Positions 1 through 9,929 of a DNA stretch of 54,573 nt are shown here, piece after piece. Under the pieces are notes generated by a model. The model saw only the letters and a program-made list of their open reading frames with translations. It did no database searches and had not been told where the DNA came from. Each line of letters opens with the position of its first letter. Position 1 is the first letter of the stretch. The stretch spans positions 1 through 54,573 of the forward strand of contig JAYVYQ010000071.1 of NCBI GenBank assembly GCA_043784125.1. The letters are read 5' to 3'. Made by a program: the position numbers and the translations under genes. Source of the DNA: Afipia sp. Its GTDB lineage: Bacteria > Pseudomonadota > Alphaproteobacteria > Rhizobiales > Xanthobacteraceae.

Positions 1-1
1 C

Positions 2-91
2 TATGAGATGCTGCGCATGACCACCGCGCAGCAGGTCTTGCGCTTTCACCGCATGCGGCAGAACACCGAACAGGCCGAACCCGCGGCCTGA
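2..91 (+). CDS. 3' end of a gene entering from the left edge (possibly DUF2336 family)
   Basis: Open frame YEMLRMTTAQQVLRFHRMRQNTEQAEPAA* ends at TGA 89-91, convergent with the next gene. TAQQVLRF resembles the DUF2336 C-terminus as I recall it. Confidence 0.45.
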   Translation, partial: YEMLRMTTAQQVLRFHRMRQNTEQAEPAA

Positions 92-115
92 TAAGCGTCT
101 AAAGAATCCAGAATT

Positions 116-751
116 TCAGTAGCGCAAGACGCGAGAACCGGCCAGCGCCCCTATTGCCACGACGAGCAGAGTGGCGAGCGTGTACCAGGTCGCGACGAAC
201 AGCGGTGAATCGTCCGTGCAGTGGGATGCGTAAAGCGTCGCCGCCAGGCCAGCCGATAGCAATCCCGCAAACGCGCCGGCCAATGCGGGCCGCGCAGGCG
301 CGCCGTGACGCAAGGCCACAAGGGCTGCCGCTAGAAACGGCATCGACAAAATCGGGATCGCGGTCAGACAAATTTTTGAATTGCTCCCGACCAGACGCGC
401 GAACCACGCCACGCGCTGCGGCAGCATCATCTCGACGGCAATTCCGCCGGCGAGAAGCAAGACCGGAACCGCCAGAATAAGCACAACGCCGCGAAGCGTC
501 GCTTCCGGACGCGACAGATGCAGGCTCAGCGCCACCGCCGACAAAGCAAGCGAAATCGTGACCGCAAATTTGAGATCGAAGAACGGATTTTGAACCGCGG
601 TGGCGATATCCGGCCGCACGCCCATCTCGATGAAGAACGCGGCGACTGAAATCGGCACAGCCGCAAGCAGCGCAACAGTCAGCAGATTGCCGACCCGCCA
701 GCGCGATTTCCCGTCGCTTGCCAATGCGTGAATGAGATCATCTGTTTTCAT
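116..751 (-). CDS. osrA: NrsF/OsrA-family (DUF1109) membrane anti-sigma factor
   Basis: MKTDDLI..L N-terminus, about six hydrophobic segments, only two Cys (C128 in ICLTAIP, C178 in YASHCTDDS), directly downstream of an ECF sigma gene. Confidence 0.85.
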   Translation of the reverse strand: MKTDDLIHALASDGKSRWRVGNLLTVALLAAVPISVAAFFIEMGVRPDIATAVQNPFFDLKFAVTISLALSAVALSLHLSRPEATLRGVVLILAVPVLLLAGGIAVEMMLPQRVAWFARLVGSNSKICLTAIPILSMPFLAAALVALRHGAPARPALAGAFAGLLSAGLAATLYASHCTDDSPLFVATWYTLATLLVVAIGALAGSRVLRY

Positions 752-753
752 CG

Positions 754-1311
754 TCAGTCACCCCGCAGCTTGTTTGCGAGATTCGTCAAGCCGCGATGCA
801 ACGCGACCCGGACGGCGCCCTCGGTCATTGAGAGCTTCGCAGCAGTGTCCTTGATCGAATTGCTGTCGACCGAAATCGACTGCAGCACATCGCGTTGGCG
901 TTTGGGCAGGCCGTTGAGGTGCGCCGTGACTTCCGTCGCCGGCAAGGTCTCTTCGGCCTGAGCACCAGGCAGCGTTTCCGAAAAATCGTCAATGTTGACA
1001 AAGATGCGGCGGCCGCGCCGCCGCAGGGCGTCGATCAGCTTGTTGCGCGCAATCGCAAACAGCCAGGGCGCGAACGGCGCGTTCTCGTCCCAAGTATGCC
1101 GCTTCAAATGCACCGCGAATAAAATATCCTGCACAATGTCCTCGGATTGATCGACCGGTTGTCCGGCCCGCGCCAAACCGCGACGCGCAGCGGCTCTCAA
1201 GACCGGAGTGACGGCCTTCAGAAGACGATGGTAGGCAGCGGCATCACCCGCATTGGCCGACCGCATCAGGTCGGTCCACTCGTTATCCCGCTCGCGCACG
1301 CGCGCTCCCAT
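754..1311 (-). CDS. ecfF: ECF RNA polymerase sigma factor, EcfF/SigF-like. The real start may be GTG at 1299, which has a GGAG RBS.
   Basis: Region 2 (EDIVQDILFAVH...FAPWLFAIARNKLID) and region 4 (LPKRQRDV...EGAVRVALHRG); paired with a DUF1109 anti-sigma. Confidence 0.85.
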   Translation of the reverse strand: MGARVRERDNEWTDLMRSANAGDAAAYHRLLKAVTPVLRAAARRGLARAGQPVDQSEDIVQDILFAVHLKRHTWDENAPFAPWLFAIARNKLIDALRRRGRRIFVNIDDFSETLPGAQAEETLPATEVTAHLNGLPKRQRDVLQSISVDSNSIKDTAAKLSMTEGAVRVALHRGLTNLANKLRGD

Positions 1312-1319
1312 TAAGGCAA

Positions 1320-1344
1320 TTCGTTCCTGTTCCTAAAGTGTTAC
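1320..1344 (-). promoter_or_regulatory. Putative autoregulatory EcfF/SigF-type promoter GTAAC-N16-CGAA
   Basis: Minus strand reads GTAACactttaggaacaggaaCGAAttgccttaATG, matching the GTAAC...CG(A/T) promoter class of this sigma group. Confidence 0.65.
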
Positions 1345-1482
1345 GGGCCAAAGTTGCAATCACGCAATCGTGAACAAAGGCGATTTCGTGGCAACTGTGC
1401 CGGAAGAATCCCTTTTTCCGCCGTCCTGCGGTCACGCGGTGCAGATGGTGTGCCGTCGGGGGGAAGGCGACGGGAGATTGCC

Positions 1483-2154
1483 ATGCAAATTAGGGACAAA
1501 AAGCTCGCGGCGCTCGCCGTAGCCGGCTTCGGACTATGGTTGTGCTTTTCACCGACAGCGCAAGCGGAACCAAACAAGACAACGGCAAAAACGTCTTCGG
1601 ATGCGCCTATCGTGCTGTCGAAATTCAACAAGCACAAAACCCACGCGTCAGTGAAAACGAAATCGCGCTCGGCGCACGCCAGACACGGCGCGAAACTTGC
1701 CGACGCCGCAACCCGCGGCAAATCCACCGAGTCCGATGATGCGCTCAAGAAGCTCGCCGCGCTGCCATCCGTGGCAAATGCGCGCGCGGAACTGACGGCC
1801 GGAAATCTGCAATCGCGCGGCGATGACGACGCCCGAAACCTCGCAGCTACGGACGATAACGAGATCGTCACGATGAATGGCGTACAGATTGCCGCCGCCG
1901 ACCAGCTCAACGACATCGACCGTGCGCTAGGTGACGACAAGACTGAAGTGAAAGCTGACGATGCAACCGTTTCATCGCCCTCTCCCGCCCCTCCGTCCGG
2001 CCGAATTATCAAGGCCGTCCCGTCCGGCGAACGGCACGTGCTCACCAACGAGCAGAGCAATCCGTGGAGCAATTCGTCTCTGATCGGAAAAATCTTTGTC
2101 GCCTTCGGCAGCTTGCTGACACTCGCCTCGGCGGCACGCCTTATCATCGCCTGA
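1483..2154 (+). CDS. Exported hypothetical protein with a signal peptide and C-terminal hydrophobic anchor
   Basis: GGGAG RBS before ATG 1483; signal peptide ending AQA-E; low-complexity middle; hydrophobic tail LIGKIFVAFGSLLTLASAARLIIA; followed by a terminator. Confidence 0.75.
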   Translation: MQIRDKKLAALAVAGFGLWLCFSPTAQAEPNKTTAKTSSDAPIVLSKFNKHKTHASVKTKSRSAHARHGAKLADAATRGKSTESDDALKKLAALPSVANARAELTAGNLQSRGDDDARNLAATDDNEIVTMNGVQIAAADQLNDIDRALGDDKTEVKADDATVSSPSPAPPSGRIIKAVPSGERHVLTNEQSNPWSNSSLIGKIFVAFGSLLTLASAARLIIA

Positions 2155-2215
2155 GCCCCATCACGCAAAACCATTCCGGTCCGCCACGGGGCTACCCCTC
2201 ATAAAAATTGCAGCA

Positions 2216-2240
2216 ACCCCGCCATCCGGCGGGGTCTTTT
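2216..2240 (+). terminator. Rho-independent terminator
   Basis: ACCCCGCC-ATCC-GGCGGGGT stem-loop followed by CTTTT. Confidence 0.7.
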
Positions 2241-2330
2241 GCGCCATCTTGCGGAGGCGGGCGCCAGAAGGCACATTGCCGCCTGCGGCGAGTTAAGGGC
2301 GTTGTTGCCCGCGTCGACCAGGGGCGGATC

Positions 2331-3107
<777 letters not shown>

Positions 3108-3110
<3 letters not shown>

Positions 3111-3175
3111 AGCGTTTTCAAGCGAAGTGGATGCCGGTTCGCGTGAAGAAAACGCGATAAATAATAGTTTAGAGC
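3108..3175. repeat. RIME1/Bru-RS-like rhizobial palindromic intergenic element
   Basis: TAGAGC-GTTTTC..AAGTGGatgCCGGTT..GAAAACGC..TAGAGC; inverted arms 3112-3119/3148-3155; same core as the element at 6712. Confidence 0.75.
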
Positions 3176-5022
3176 TTCGCGCAGCGCGCCAATGCGGCGC
3201 TCACCAGCACACGATAAAGCCTGTCGGAGAGCGACTTCGGCGCGTCGAGCTGGAGTCGTGCGAGAGCCTCCAACGCCTTGTCATCGGGACGTGCAAATAA
3301 ACCTTGCCATGCAAGCTGCAGCAATTGCACCGGGTGCTCCGCTGCATTCTTGACGCTGAGTAGCGCCGGGATCAGCCGCTGCTCGACATCCGTGAAATCC
3401 GTACCAAATGGAAATGACGGCAACAATCCTGCGTCACGCGCCGGCCGCAATGCCGCGGCAACTCTCTCCGGATAATTTTCGTGATGCGCGTCCGGAATCT
3501 CGAACGTCTTAGGCAATTTACGGGCATCCTTCGCCTGCTTCATCAGTTCGTTCTGAAACCGCGAGTCCGAGACCGACAGCATCGCAGCGATCACGTCGAC
3601 GTCCGACTTGCCGCGCAGATCGGCGACACCGTACTCGGTCACAACGACATCGCGCAAATGGCGTGGAATCGTGGTGTGACCATAAGACCAGCGGATGTTC
3701 GATGACGCCTTGCTGCCGGTGCCCCGCGCAGATTCGAGCGTGAGGATGGAACGCGCGCCCTCCAGCGCGAATGCCTGTGCGACAAAGTTATATTGGCCGC
3801 CGACGCCGCTCACGACCTGGCCGTTCTCAAGTCCGTCGGAGACAACGGCGCCCATCAGCGTCGCCATCATCGCGTTGTTGACGAAGCGCGCATCGATGCG
3901 CGCGCGACGCTTGGCCTCCTCGTCGCCATACACTTGGTTGGTAAATGACACCGGCACCATCTGGATACGCGCAAGCTGCGCGGGGGACATATCGCGCAGC
4001 GCGCGATAAAACGATTTCGGTCCCAGAAAGAACGCGGCGTGAAGCAGCGTGCCGTCCACATCGCGCTTGAGCACGCCGGCTTCGATCAAACCGAGAAATG
4101 CCTCGAAGAACATTTCACTGACGCCGTAGAGACCTTTCGTGAATGGCCCGCTTTCGAGCGGAGCCGTTCCTGGTGTCAGACGCGACATGACGTCGAGATA
4201 CGCTTTGCGGTCGCGGTGACGAACGATCAGGCTTTGGGCCAGCGAGTCGCCGACCTGACCGATGCCGATCTGAAGCGTGCCGCCGTCACGTACCAATCCC
4301 GCCGCATGAAGACCGATGGCGTATTTCGTATCGCTGACCGGCTCCGAAGGCGGCGCGAACAATGGAAAGTCTGTTTCGAGGCTGTCGAGGACCGCGTGAA
4401 ATTCATCGCCCGCGAGATCGCCCTCGCCCGGCATAAACGGCATTTCGGAATTCACCTGCGCCACAAGCTTGAACGCGATCTTGCCTTCGGCGCGCGCGCG
4501 CATCAGGTCGAGCGTGGTGTCGGTGTTGCTGCTCAGACTGTAGCGCGCTTGCCCGTCAACGACGCGCTTTGCCACAAGCTGCAGAATGACGTTGACGCGC
4601 CGCGTCAGCAGATAGGACGAAGCATGGGTGTAATTCGCCGAAATGTAGTGCTGCTGCGCATAGCCATTGCCGATCCATTGTCCCGCGAGGAAGAAAAACT
4701 CGACCACCTCGATATTCGGCGGCAGCGTTTTGCGATGAACTGCCCGGGCGTAGTCAAGATCGGGGAAGCCACCGAACAGCCGCTCGATCACCGGCCGGAT
4801 AAAGCGCCGTTCCAGATCGGCACGCGGTATCGGCTTTTCCAGCGTCAGCGCGGTAAAAATCGTCAGATGGATCGACGAATCGGCCACAGCACGCTGAAAC
4901 AGCGAATTGATGATGTGGTTGGCCTTGCCGAGGCCGAGCGGCAGCCCCACCACCAGCGTCTTGCCGACCTCACGAATGATGTCGTCGACGATCGCTTCCG
5001 GATCGGAAAAGACTTTGGGCAT
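3169..5022 (-). CDS. Acetyl-CoA hydrolase/CoA-transferase family protein
   Basis: DGGTLQIGIG, GVSEM, SGVGGQYNF and VVTEYGVADLRG motifs. Confidence 0.88.
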   Translation of the reverse strand: MPKVFSDPEAIVDDIIREVGKTLVVGLPLGLGKANHIINSLFQRAVADSSIHLTIFTALTLEKPIPRADLERRFIRPVIERLFGGFPDLDYARAVHRKTLPPNIEVVEFFFLAGQWIGNGYAQQHYISANYTHASSYLLTRRVNVILQLVAKRVVDGQARYSLSSNTDTTLDLMRARAEGKIAFKLVAQVNSEMPFMPGEGDLAGDEFHAVLDSLETDFPLFAPPSEPVSDTKYAIGLHAAGLVRDGGTLQIGIGQVGDSLAQSLIVRHRDRKAYLDVMSRLTPGTAPLESGPFTKGLYGVSEMFFEAFLGLIEAGVLKRDVDGTLLHAAFFLGPKSFYRALRDMSPAQLARIQMVPVSFTNQVYGDEEAKRRARIDARFVNNAMMATLMGAVVSDGLENGQVVSGVGGQYNFVAQAFALEGARSILTLESARGTGSKASSNIRWSYGHTTIPRHLRDVVVTEYGVADLRGKSDVDVIAAMLSVSDSRFQNELMKQAKDARKLPKTFEIPDAHHENYPERVAAALRPARDAGLLPSFPFGTDFTDVEQRLIPALLSVKNAAEHPVQLLQLAWQGLFARPDDKALEALARLQLDAPKSLSDRLYRVLVSAALARCAKL

Positions 5023-5298
5023 GTCGCTAAAATCTCATCGCAGGGCGTGAGATCGCAGCGATCTCCCGGCGGCCGGCTGCGCAATGCTTGCAATTGAGGC
5101 CATTCACCAATCATTTCACCATAGCGCATTGATTGGTCAAGCAAATACGGCGCGTGGCGATAACAATCCAGTGCACTTTGTCACAGGCCCAGTATTTCTT
5201 CTCAGAACGGTTTGCCCACAGCACCCACCCCCTCTAAACAGTGTACCAATTGCAGAATATCGCCGGGGGCGGATGTTCTGGTTGTGTTGCAGGATCGA

Positions 5299-6714
5299 AT
5301 GTTTCGGCGTGTTTCAGAAATTGGCCGCGTGGGGTGGCGCGTGCTTGCAACGCGATTTGCCGTCGCGGCTTTGTGCCATTTCGGACTGATCGCAGCGGCG
5401 CTGGCCGACACGCTGGCTGACGCGCTGGTCAGCGCTTATCAATCGAATCCGCAGATCAATGCGTCTCGCGCGCAGCAACGCGCCACCGATGAGGGCGTAC
5501 CGCAAGCGCTAGCGGGATACCGTCCGCAGATCGTCGGCAGTCTGAGTGCAGGTTTGCAGGCTGTTCGCAATCTGCTTCCGGACAATACCGTTCAGACCGC
5601 GACGCTAAAGCCGTGGACCATCGGCGTCACCGTCACGCAAAATCTGTTCAACGGGTTCAAGACAGCGAACAGCGTCCGCGTCGCCGAATTTCAAGTGCTG
5701 TCAGGCCGCGAGGCGCTGCGCAACACCGGGCAAGGCGTGCTGCTCGACGCTGTCACTGCCTATATGAATGTGATCGCCAATCAGGCCCTGCTGGAAACCC
5801 AAAAGAGCAACGTTTCATTCTTACGCGAAACGCTGGGCATCGCGAAAAAGCGTCTCGACGCCGGTGACATCACGCCGACAGACACCGCGCAAGCGGATGC
5901 GCGTCTCAGCCGCGGCCTCTCCGACCTCAATGCCGCGCAAACCGCATACGAGGTGAGCCGCGCCACCTACGAGCAGGTGATCGGCAAGGCGCCGGGACAA
6001 CTTCAGCCCGCGCAAACGGTCGACCGCTTCGTGCCGCGCAGCAGACAAGAGTCCGTCGACACATCGGGCCGCGAAAATCCTGCAGTGATGGGTGCGATGT
6101 ACGATGTCGATACTGCGACGACATCGATCAGCGTTGCAGAGAGCAGTCTCCTTCCGCAGCTGAACGTGCAGGGGTCGGCAAGCCGAAGCCGCCAAAGCGA
6201 CTCCACACTCGGAACGTTCGCAACCGATCAGGCATCGGTGACGGGCAATCTCACCGTCCCGATCTATGACGGCGGCACGGCTGCCTCCCAGACGCGGCAG
6301 GCGAAAGAAACCGCGACGCAAAGTCGGCTTGTGCTCGAACAGGTCCGCAATCAGGCGCGCACTGCAGCCATTAGCGCATGGATCACCAGCGAAGGCACCA
6401 AGATCGCCCTCCAGGCCGCAGAAAGCGAAGTGAAGGCCGCCGGCATTGCATTGCAGGGCGTTCGTCGCGAAACGCAAGGCGGCCAGCGCACCACACTCGA
6501 CGTGCTCAACTCGCAGCAGGATCTCACCGCCGCACGCTCGCGCCAAATCCTTGCGCAGCGCGACCGCGTGATTGCGTCCTACACATTGCTGAGTGCGATT
6601 GGGCGGCTCGATGTGCGAACGCTCGGCCTCAACACCCCGGATTACCTGCCTGAAGTTCACTACCATCAGGTGCGCGACGCGTGGCACGGTCTGCGCACGC
6701 CGGACGGGAAGTAG
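5299..6714 (+). CDS. TolC-family outer membrane efflux/secretion channel (start uncertain)
   Basis: Signal peptide ending ALA-DT, then TLADALVSAYQSNP; two OEP repeats (QNLFNG, VPIYDGG); GQRTTLDVLNSQQ. Confidence 0.9.
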   Translation: MFRRVSEIGRVGWRVLATRFAVAALCHFGLIAAALADTLADALVSAYQSNPQINASRAQQRATDEGVPQALAGYRPQIVGSLSAGLQAVRNLLPDNTVQTATLKPWTIGVTVTQNLFNGFKTANSVRVAEFQVLSGREALRNTGQGVLLDAVTAYMNVIANQALLETQKSNVSFLRETLGIAKKRLDAGDITPTDTAQADARLSRGLSDLNAAQTAYEVSRATYEQVIGKAPGQLQPAQTVDRFVPRSRQESVDTSGRENPAVMGAMYDVDTATTSISVAESSLLPQLNVQGSASRSRQSDSTLGTFATDQASVTGNLTVPIYDGGTAASQTRQAKETATQSRLVLEQVRNQARTAAISAWITSEGTKIALQAAESEVKAAGIALQGVRRETQGGQRTTLDVLNSQQDLTAARSRQILAQRDRVIASYTLLSAIGRLDVRTLGLNTPDYLPEVHYHQVRDAWHGLRTPDGK

Positions 6715-6782
6715 CGCCGCGTGTTCCGCAAAAGTGGGCACCGGCTTTGCGGAAAGAACTCGCGCAGATAAAAACTTAGCGC
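6712..6782. repeat. RIME1/Bru-RS-like palindromic element
   Basis: TAGCGC..TTCCGCAAA-agtgggcaccggc-TTTGCGGAA..TAGCGC; same AAGTGG-N3-CCGG core as the element at 3108. Confidence 0.7.
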
Positions 6783-9700
6783 GCGCGGCGCGAGAAGATC
6801 GAGATCAGCACCGGCAGCGTTATCAGGATCACGAATGGCGCGAGCGCCATGCCTGTCACGACCACTACCGCCAACGGTTTCTGAACTTGCGAGCCAATGC
6901 CGCCCGACAGCGCCGCCGGCAGCAAACCGATTCCCGCGACGGCACAGGTCATCAACACGGGACGCAATTGCAGCTCACCGGTGCGGATCACCGCTTTCAC
7001 GCGGTCGAGCCCTTCGTCGATCAATTGATTGTATTGCGAGAGGATGATGATGCCATCCATCACGGCGATACCGAACAGCGCAATGAAGCCGATGGCCGCC
7101 GACACGCTGAATGGAATCCCGCTAACCAGAAGTCCGAGCACGCCGCCCAGCACCGCCATCGGGATCACGCTCATCGCCAGAAGCGTATCGACCATCGAGC
7201 CGAAATTGAACCACAGCAGCACCGCGATCAGCAAAAGACTGATCGGCACCACAATCGAAAGCCGCTTGATGGCGTCCTGCAGATTGCCGAATTCGCCGAC
7301 CCATTCGACCCGCGAACCCGGGGGAAGCGGCACATTCGCGGCGACCTTGTCCTGCGCTTCCTTGATTGCGCTGCCGAGATCGCGCTCACGCACCGAGAAC
7401 TTGATCGGCAAATAGCGTTCCTGCTGCTCGCGATAGATGTACGCCGCACCGGATACGAGCTGGATCGAAGCCACCTCACTCAACGGAATTTGCGTGATGC
7501 CATTCGTCCCCTGCGCGCCGATGCGTAAATTCTGGATGGCTTCAGCGCTCTTGCGATATTCCGGCGCAAGCCGAACAATGATCGGAAAATGCCGGTCGCT
7601 ACCGGGTTCATACAGATCGCCCGCGCTGTCACCACCGATGGCGACGCGGATGGTCGCGTTGATGTCACCCGGCGACAACCCGTAGCGCGCCGCGCGCGCC
7701 CGGTCGATGTCGATCTGAATCGTCGGCTGTCCGAGCGACGTGAACACTGAAAGATCGGTGATGCCTCGCACAGTGGCAAGCTGCGCCTTGATCTTGTTGG
7801 CGGTCTCAGTGAGTGCGACGAGATCGTTGCCGTAGAGCTTGATCGAGTTTTCGCCCTTCACGCCGGAGACGGCTTCGGCGACATTGTCCTGCAGATATTG
7901 CGAGAAGTTGAATTCGACGCCGGGAAATTTCTGCTGCAATTGCACGAGCAACTGACTTGTCAGTGCGTCCTTGTCGTGCGTGCCAGGCCACTCGCTGGCT
8001 GGCTTCAACGGCGCGAAGAATTCCGCGTTGAACAGCCCTGCGGCGTCGGTGCCGTCGTCGGGACGGCCGTGCTGCGACACCACCGATTCGACTTCCGGCC
8101 GCGCACGAATGACTTTGCGCATCTCGTTGACGTAGGTGTTGCCTTCTTCCAGCGAGATCGTCGGCGGCAACGTCGCCCGGATCCACAGATTGCCTTCTTC
8201 CAGCTTCGGCAGGAATTCGAGGCCGAGCAGGCGTGTCGCAATAAAAGTGACAACGAGCAATGCGGCCGCCGCGCCCATTACGATACGCCGGTTGCCGACA
8301 GCCCATTCGAGTAGCGGCATATAGGCGCGATGCAGCCACTGCATGATCCGCGTCTCGGTCTCCTGCATGTGCGTCGGCAGGATGATCGCGCTGAGCGCGG
8401 GCGTAACGGTGAAGGTGGCGAGAAGTCCGCCGGCCAGCGCGTAGGCATAGGTTCGCGCCATCGGGCCGAAGATGTTGCCTTCGACGCCGCTCAACGTGAA
8501 CAGCGGCAGAAACGCCGCGATGATGATGGCCGCCGCAAAGAAAATCGAGCGCGACACGTCGGCCGCCGCACTGAGAATGGCATGGCTTTTCATGCCCATC
8601 ATGGTCTCGTCCGAAATCGCGCTTTGTTCGGACGCCGACAATTCGGTGGTTTGTGTGAGGCGCCGGAAGATTGCCTCCACCATGATAACAGTGCCATCGA
8701 CGATCAACCCGAAATCGATCGCACCGACCGACAGGAGATTCGCCGACTCACCGCGCAGCACCAGAATGATGACGGCGAAAAACAACGCGAACGGAATCGT
8801 CGCGCCGACAATGACGGCGCTGCGCAGATCGCCGAGAAACAGCCATTGCAGCAATACAATGAGAATAATGCCGACCACCATATTGTGCAGCACCGTATGC
8901 GTCGTCGTGTCGATCAGATCCTTGCGATCGTAGATGCGCTCGATACGAACCCCCGGCGGCAATATGCTCGAATTGTTGATCGCCTGGACCGTCTGTTCGA
9001 CGCGCGCGATGGTCGGCGTGCTTTTCTCGCCACGGCGCATCAGTACGATGCCCTGGACGATGTCGTCGTCCTGATCCTTGCCGGCGATACCGAGTCGCGG
9101 CTTTTCACCGACGGTCACCGTCGCTACGTCCCTGACAAGCACGGGATTGCCGTTGCTTTGCGAAATCATCGTTGTGGCAAGATCGTCGATGGAGCGGATC
9201 AGGCCGACGCCGCGCACCACTGCGGACTGCGCGCCGATGTTCACGGTGTTGCCGCCGACATTGATGTTGGCGTTGCCGACGGCCTGCAGCAGTTGCGGAA
9301 GCGTCAGGCCGTAGGCGATCAGCTTGTTGAAGTCGACCTGGATTTCATAGGTCTTGGTCTTGCCGCCCCACCCAGTCACATCGATTACGCCGGGCACCGA
9401 ACGGAAACGGCGTTGCAGCACCCAATCCTGCAGCGTCTTCAGATCGAGCACGCTGTAATTGGGAGGGCCAACCAGCCGGTAACGGTAAATTTCGCCGATG
9501 GCACTGAGCGGTGAAATCTGCGGCTGCACATTTCCCGGCAACGGTGCCAGCTGCGACAGGCGATTGAGAACCTGCTGCAGCGCTTCATCGTATGTGTAGT
9601 CGAACGAGAACTGCAGCTTGACGTCCGACAATCCATAAAGAGAAATCGTGCGAATGGTGCGGACATTCTTGATGCCAGCAACCTGAGTCTCGATCGGGAT

Positions 9701-9895
9701 CGTGATATAGCGCTCGATTTCCTCGGCCGACAGGCCGGGGCTTTGCGTCACGATGTCGACCATCGGCGGCGTCGGGTCGGGATAGGCTTCGATGTTGAGC
9801 TGGTCGAACGCAATCAGACCGCCCAGGACGGTGACTGCGAACAACAGCACCATCAGGACACGACGGCGGACGGCAAGTGCGACGAGACGATCCAT
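6776..9895 (-). CDS. CusA/CzcA-family heavy-metal efflux RND transporter
   Basis: ~1040 aa; IEAYPD, AIDFGLIVDGTVIMVE (HME TM4 motif), LRPVLMT, QVQKPLA. Confidence 0.92.
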   Translation of the reverse strand: MDRLVALAVRRRVLMVLLFAVTVLGGLIAFDQLNIEAYPDPTPPMVDIVTQSPGLSAEEIERYITIPIETQVAGIKNVRTIRTISLYGLSDVKLQFSFDYTYDEALQQVLNRLSQLAPLPGNVQPQISPLSAIGEIYRYRLVGPPNYSVLDLKTLQDWVLQRRFRSVPGVIDVTGWGGKTKTYEIQVDFNKLIAYGLTLPQLLQAVGNANINVGGNTVNIGAQSAVVRGVGLIRSIDDLATTMISQSNGNPVLVRDVATVTVGEKPRLGIAGKDQDDDIVQGIVLMRRGEKSTPTIARVEQTVQAINNSSILPPGVRIERIYDRKDLIDTTTHTVLHNMVVGIILIVLLQWLFLGDLRSAVIVGATIPFALFFAVIILVLRGESANLLSVGAIDFGLIVDGTVIMVEAIFRRLTQTTELSASEQSAISDETMMGMKSHAILSAAADVSRSIFFAAAIIIAAFLPLFTLSGVEGNIFGPMARTYAYALAGGLLATFTVTPALSAIILPTHMQETETRIMQWLHRAYMPLLEWAVGNRRIVMGAAAALLVVTFIATRLLGLEFLPKLEEGNLWIRATLPPTISLEEGNTYVNEMRKVIRARPEVESVVSQHGRPDDGTDAAGLFNAEFFAPLKPASEWPGTHDKDALTSQLLVQLQQKFPGVEFNFSQYLQDNVAEAVSGVKGENSIKLYGNDLVALTETANKIKAQLATVRGITDLSVFTSLGQPTIQIDIDRARAARYGLSPGDINATIRVAIGGDSAGDLYEPGSDRHFPIIVRLAPEYRKSAEAIQNLRIGAQGTNGITQIPLSEVASIQLVSGAAYIYREQQERYLPIKFSVRERDLGSAIKEAQDKVAANVPLPPGSRVEWVGEFGNLQDAIKRLSIVVPISLLLIAVLLWFNFGSMVDTLLAMSVIPMAVLGGVLGLLVSGIPFSVSAAIGFIALFGIAVMDGIIILSQYNQLIDEGLDRVKAVIRTGELQLRPVLMTCAVAGIGLLPAALSGGIGSQVQKPLAVVVVTGMALAPFVILITLPVLISIFSRRAR

Positions 9896-9929
9896 CGAGA
9901 CGGGATCTTTCAAAAATTGGAAGACTAGG

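Noticed and set aside
1323-1332. GTTC-CT-GTTC upstream of ecfF as a LexA box
   Set aside because: The spacing is N2 rather than N7, and it lies within the ECF promoter.
5130-5141. TTGATTGGTCAA resembling an FNR/FixK2 box
   Set aside because: The spacer is 2 nt, not the required TTGAT-N4-ATCAA.
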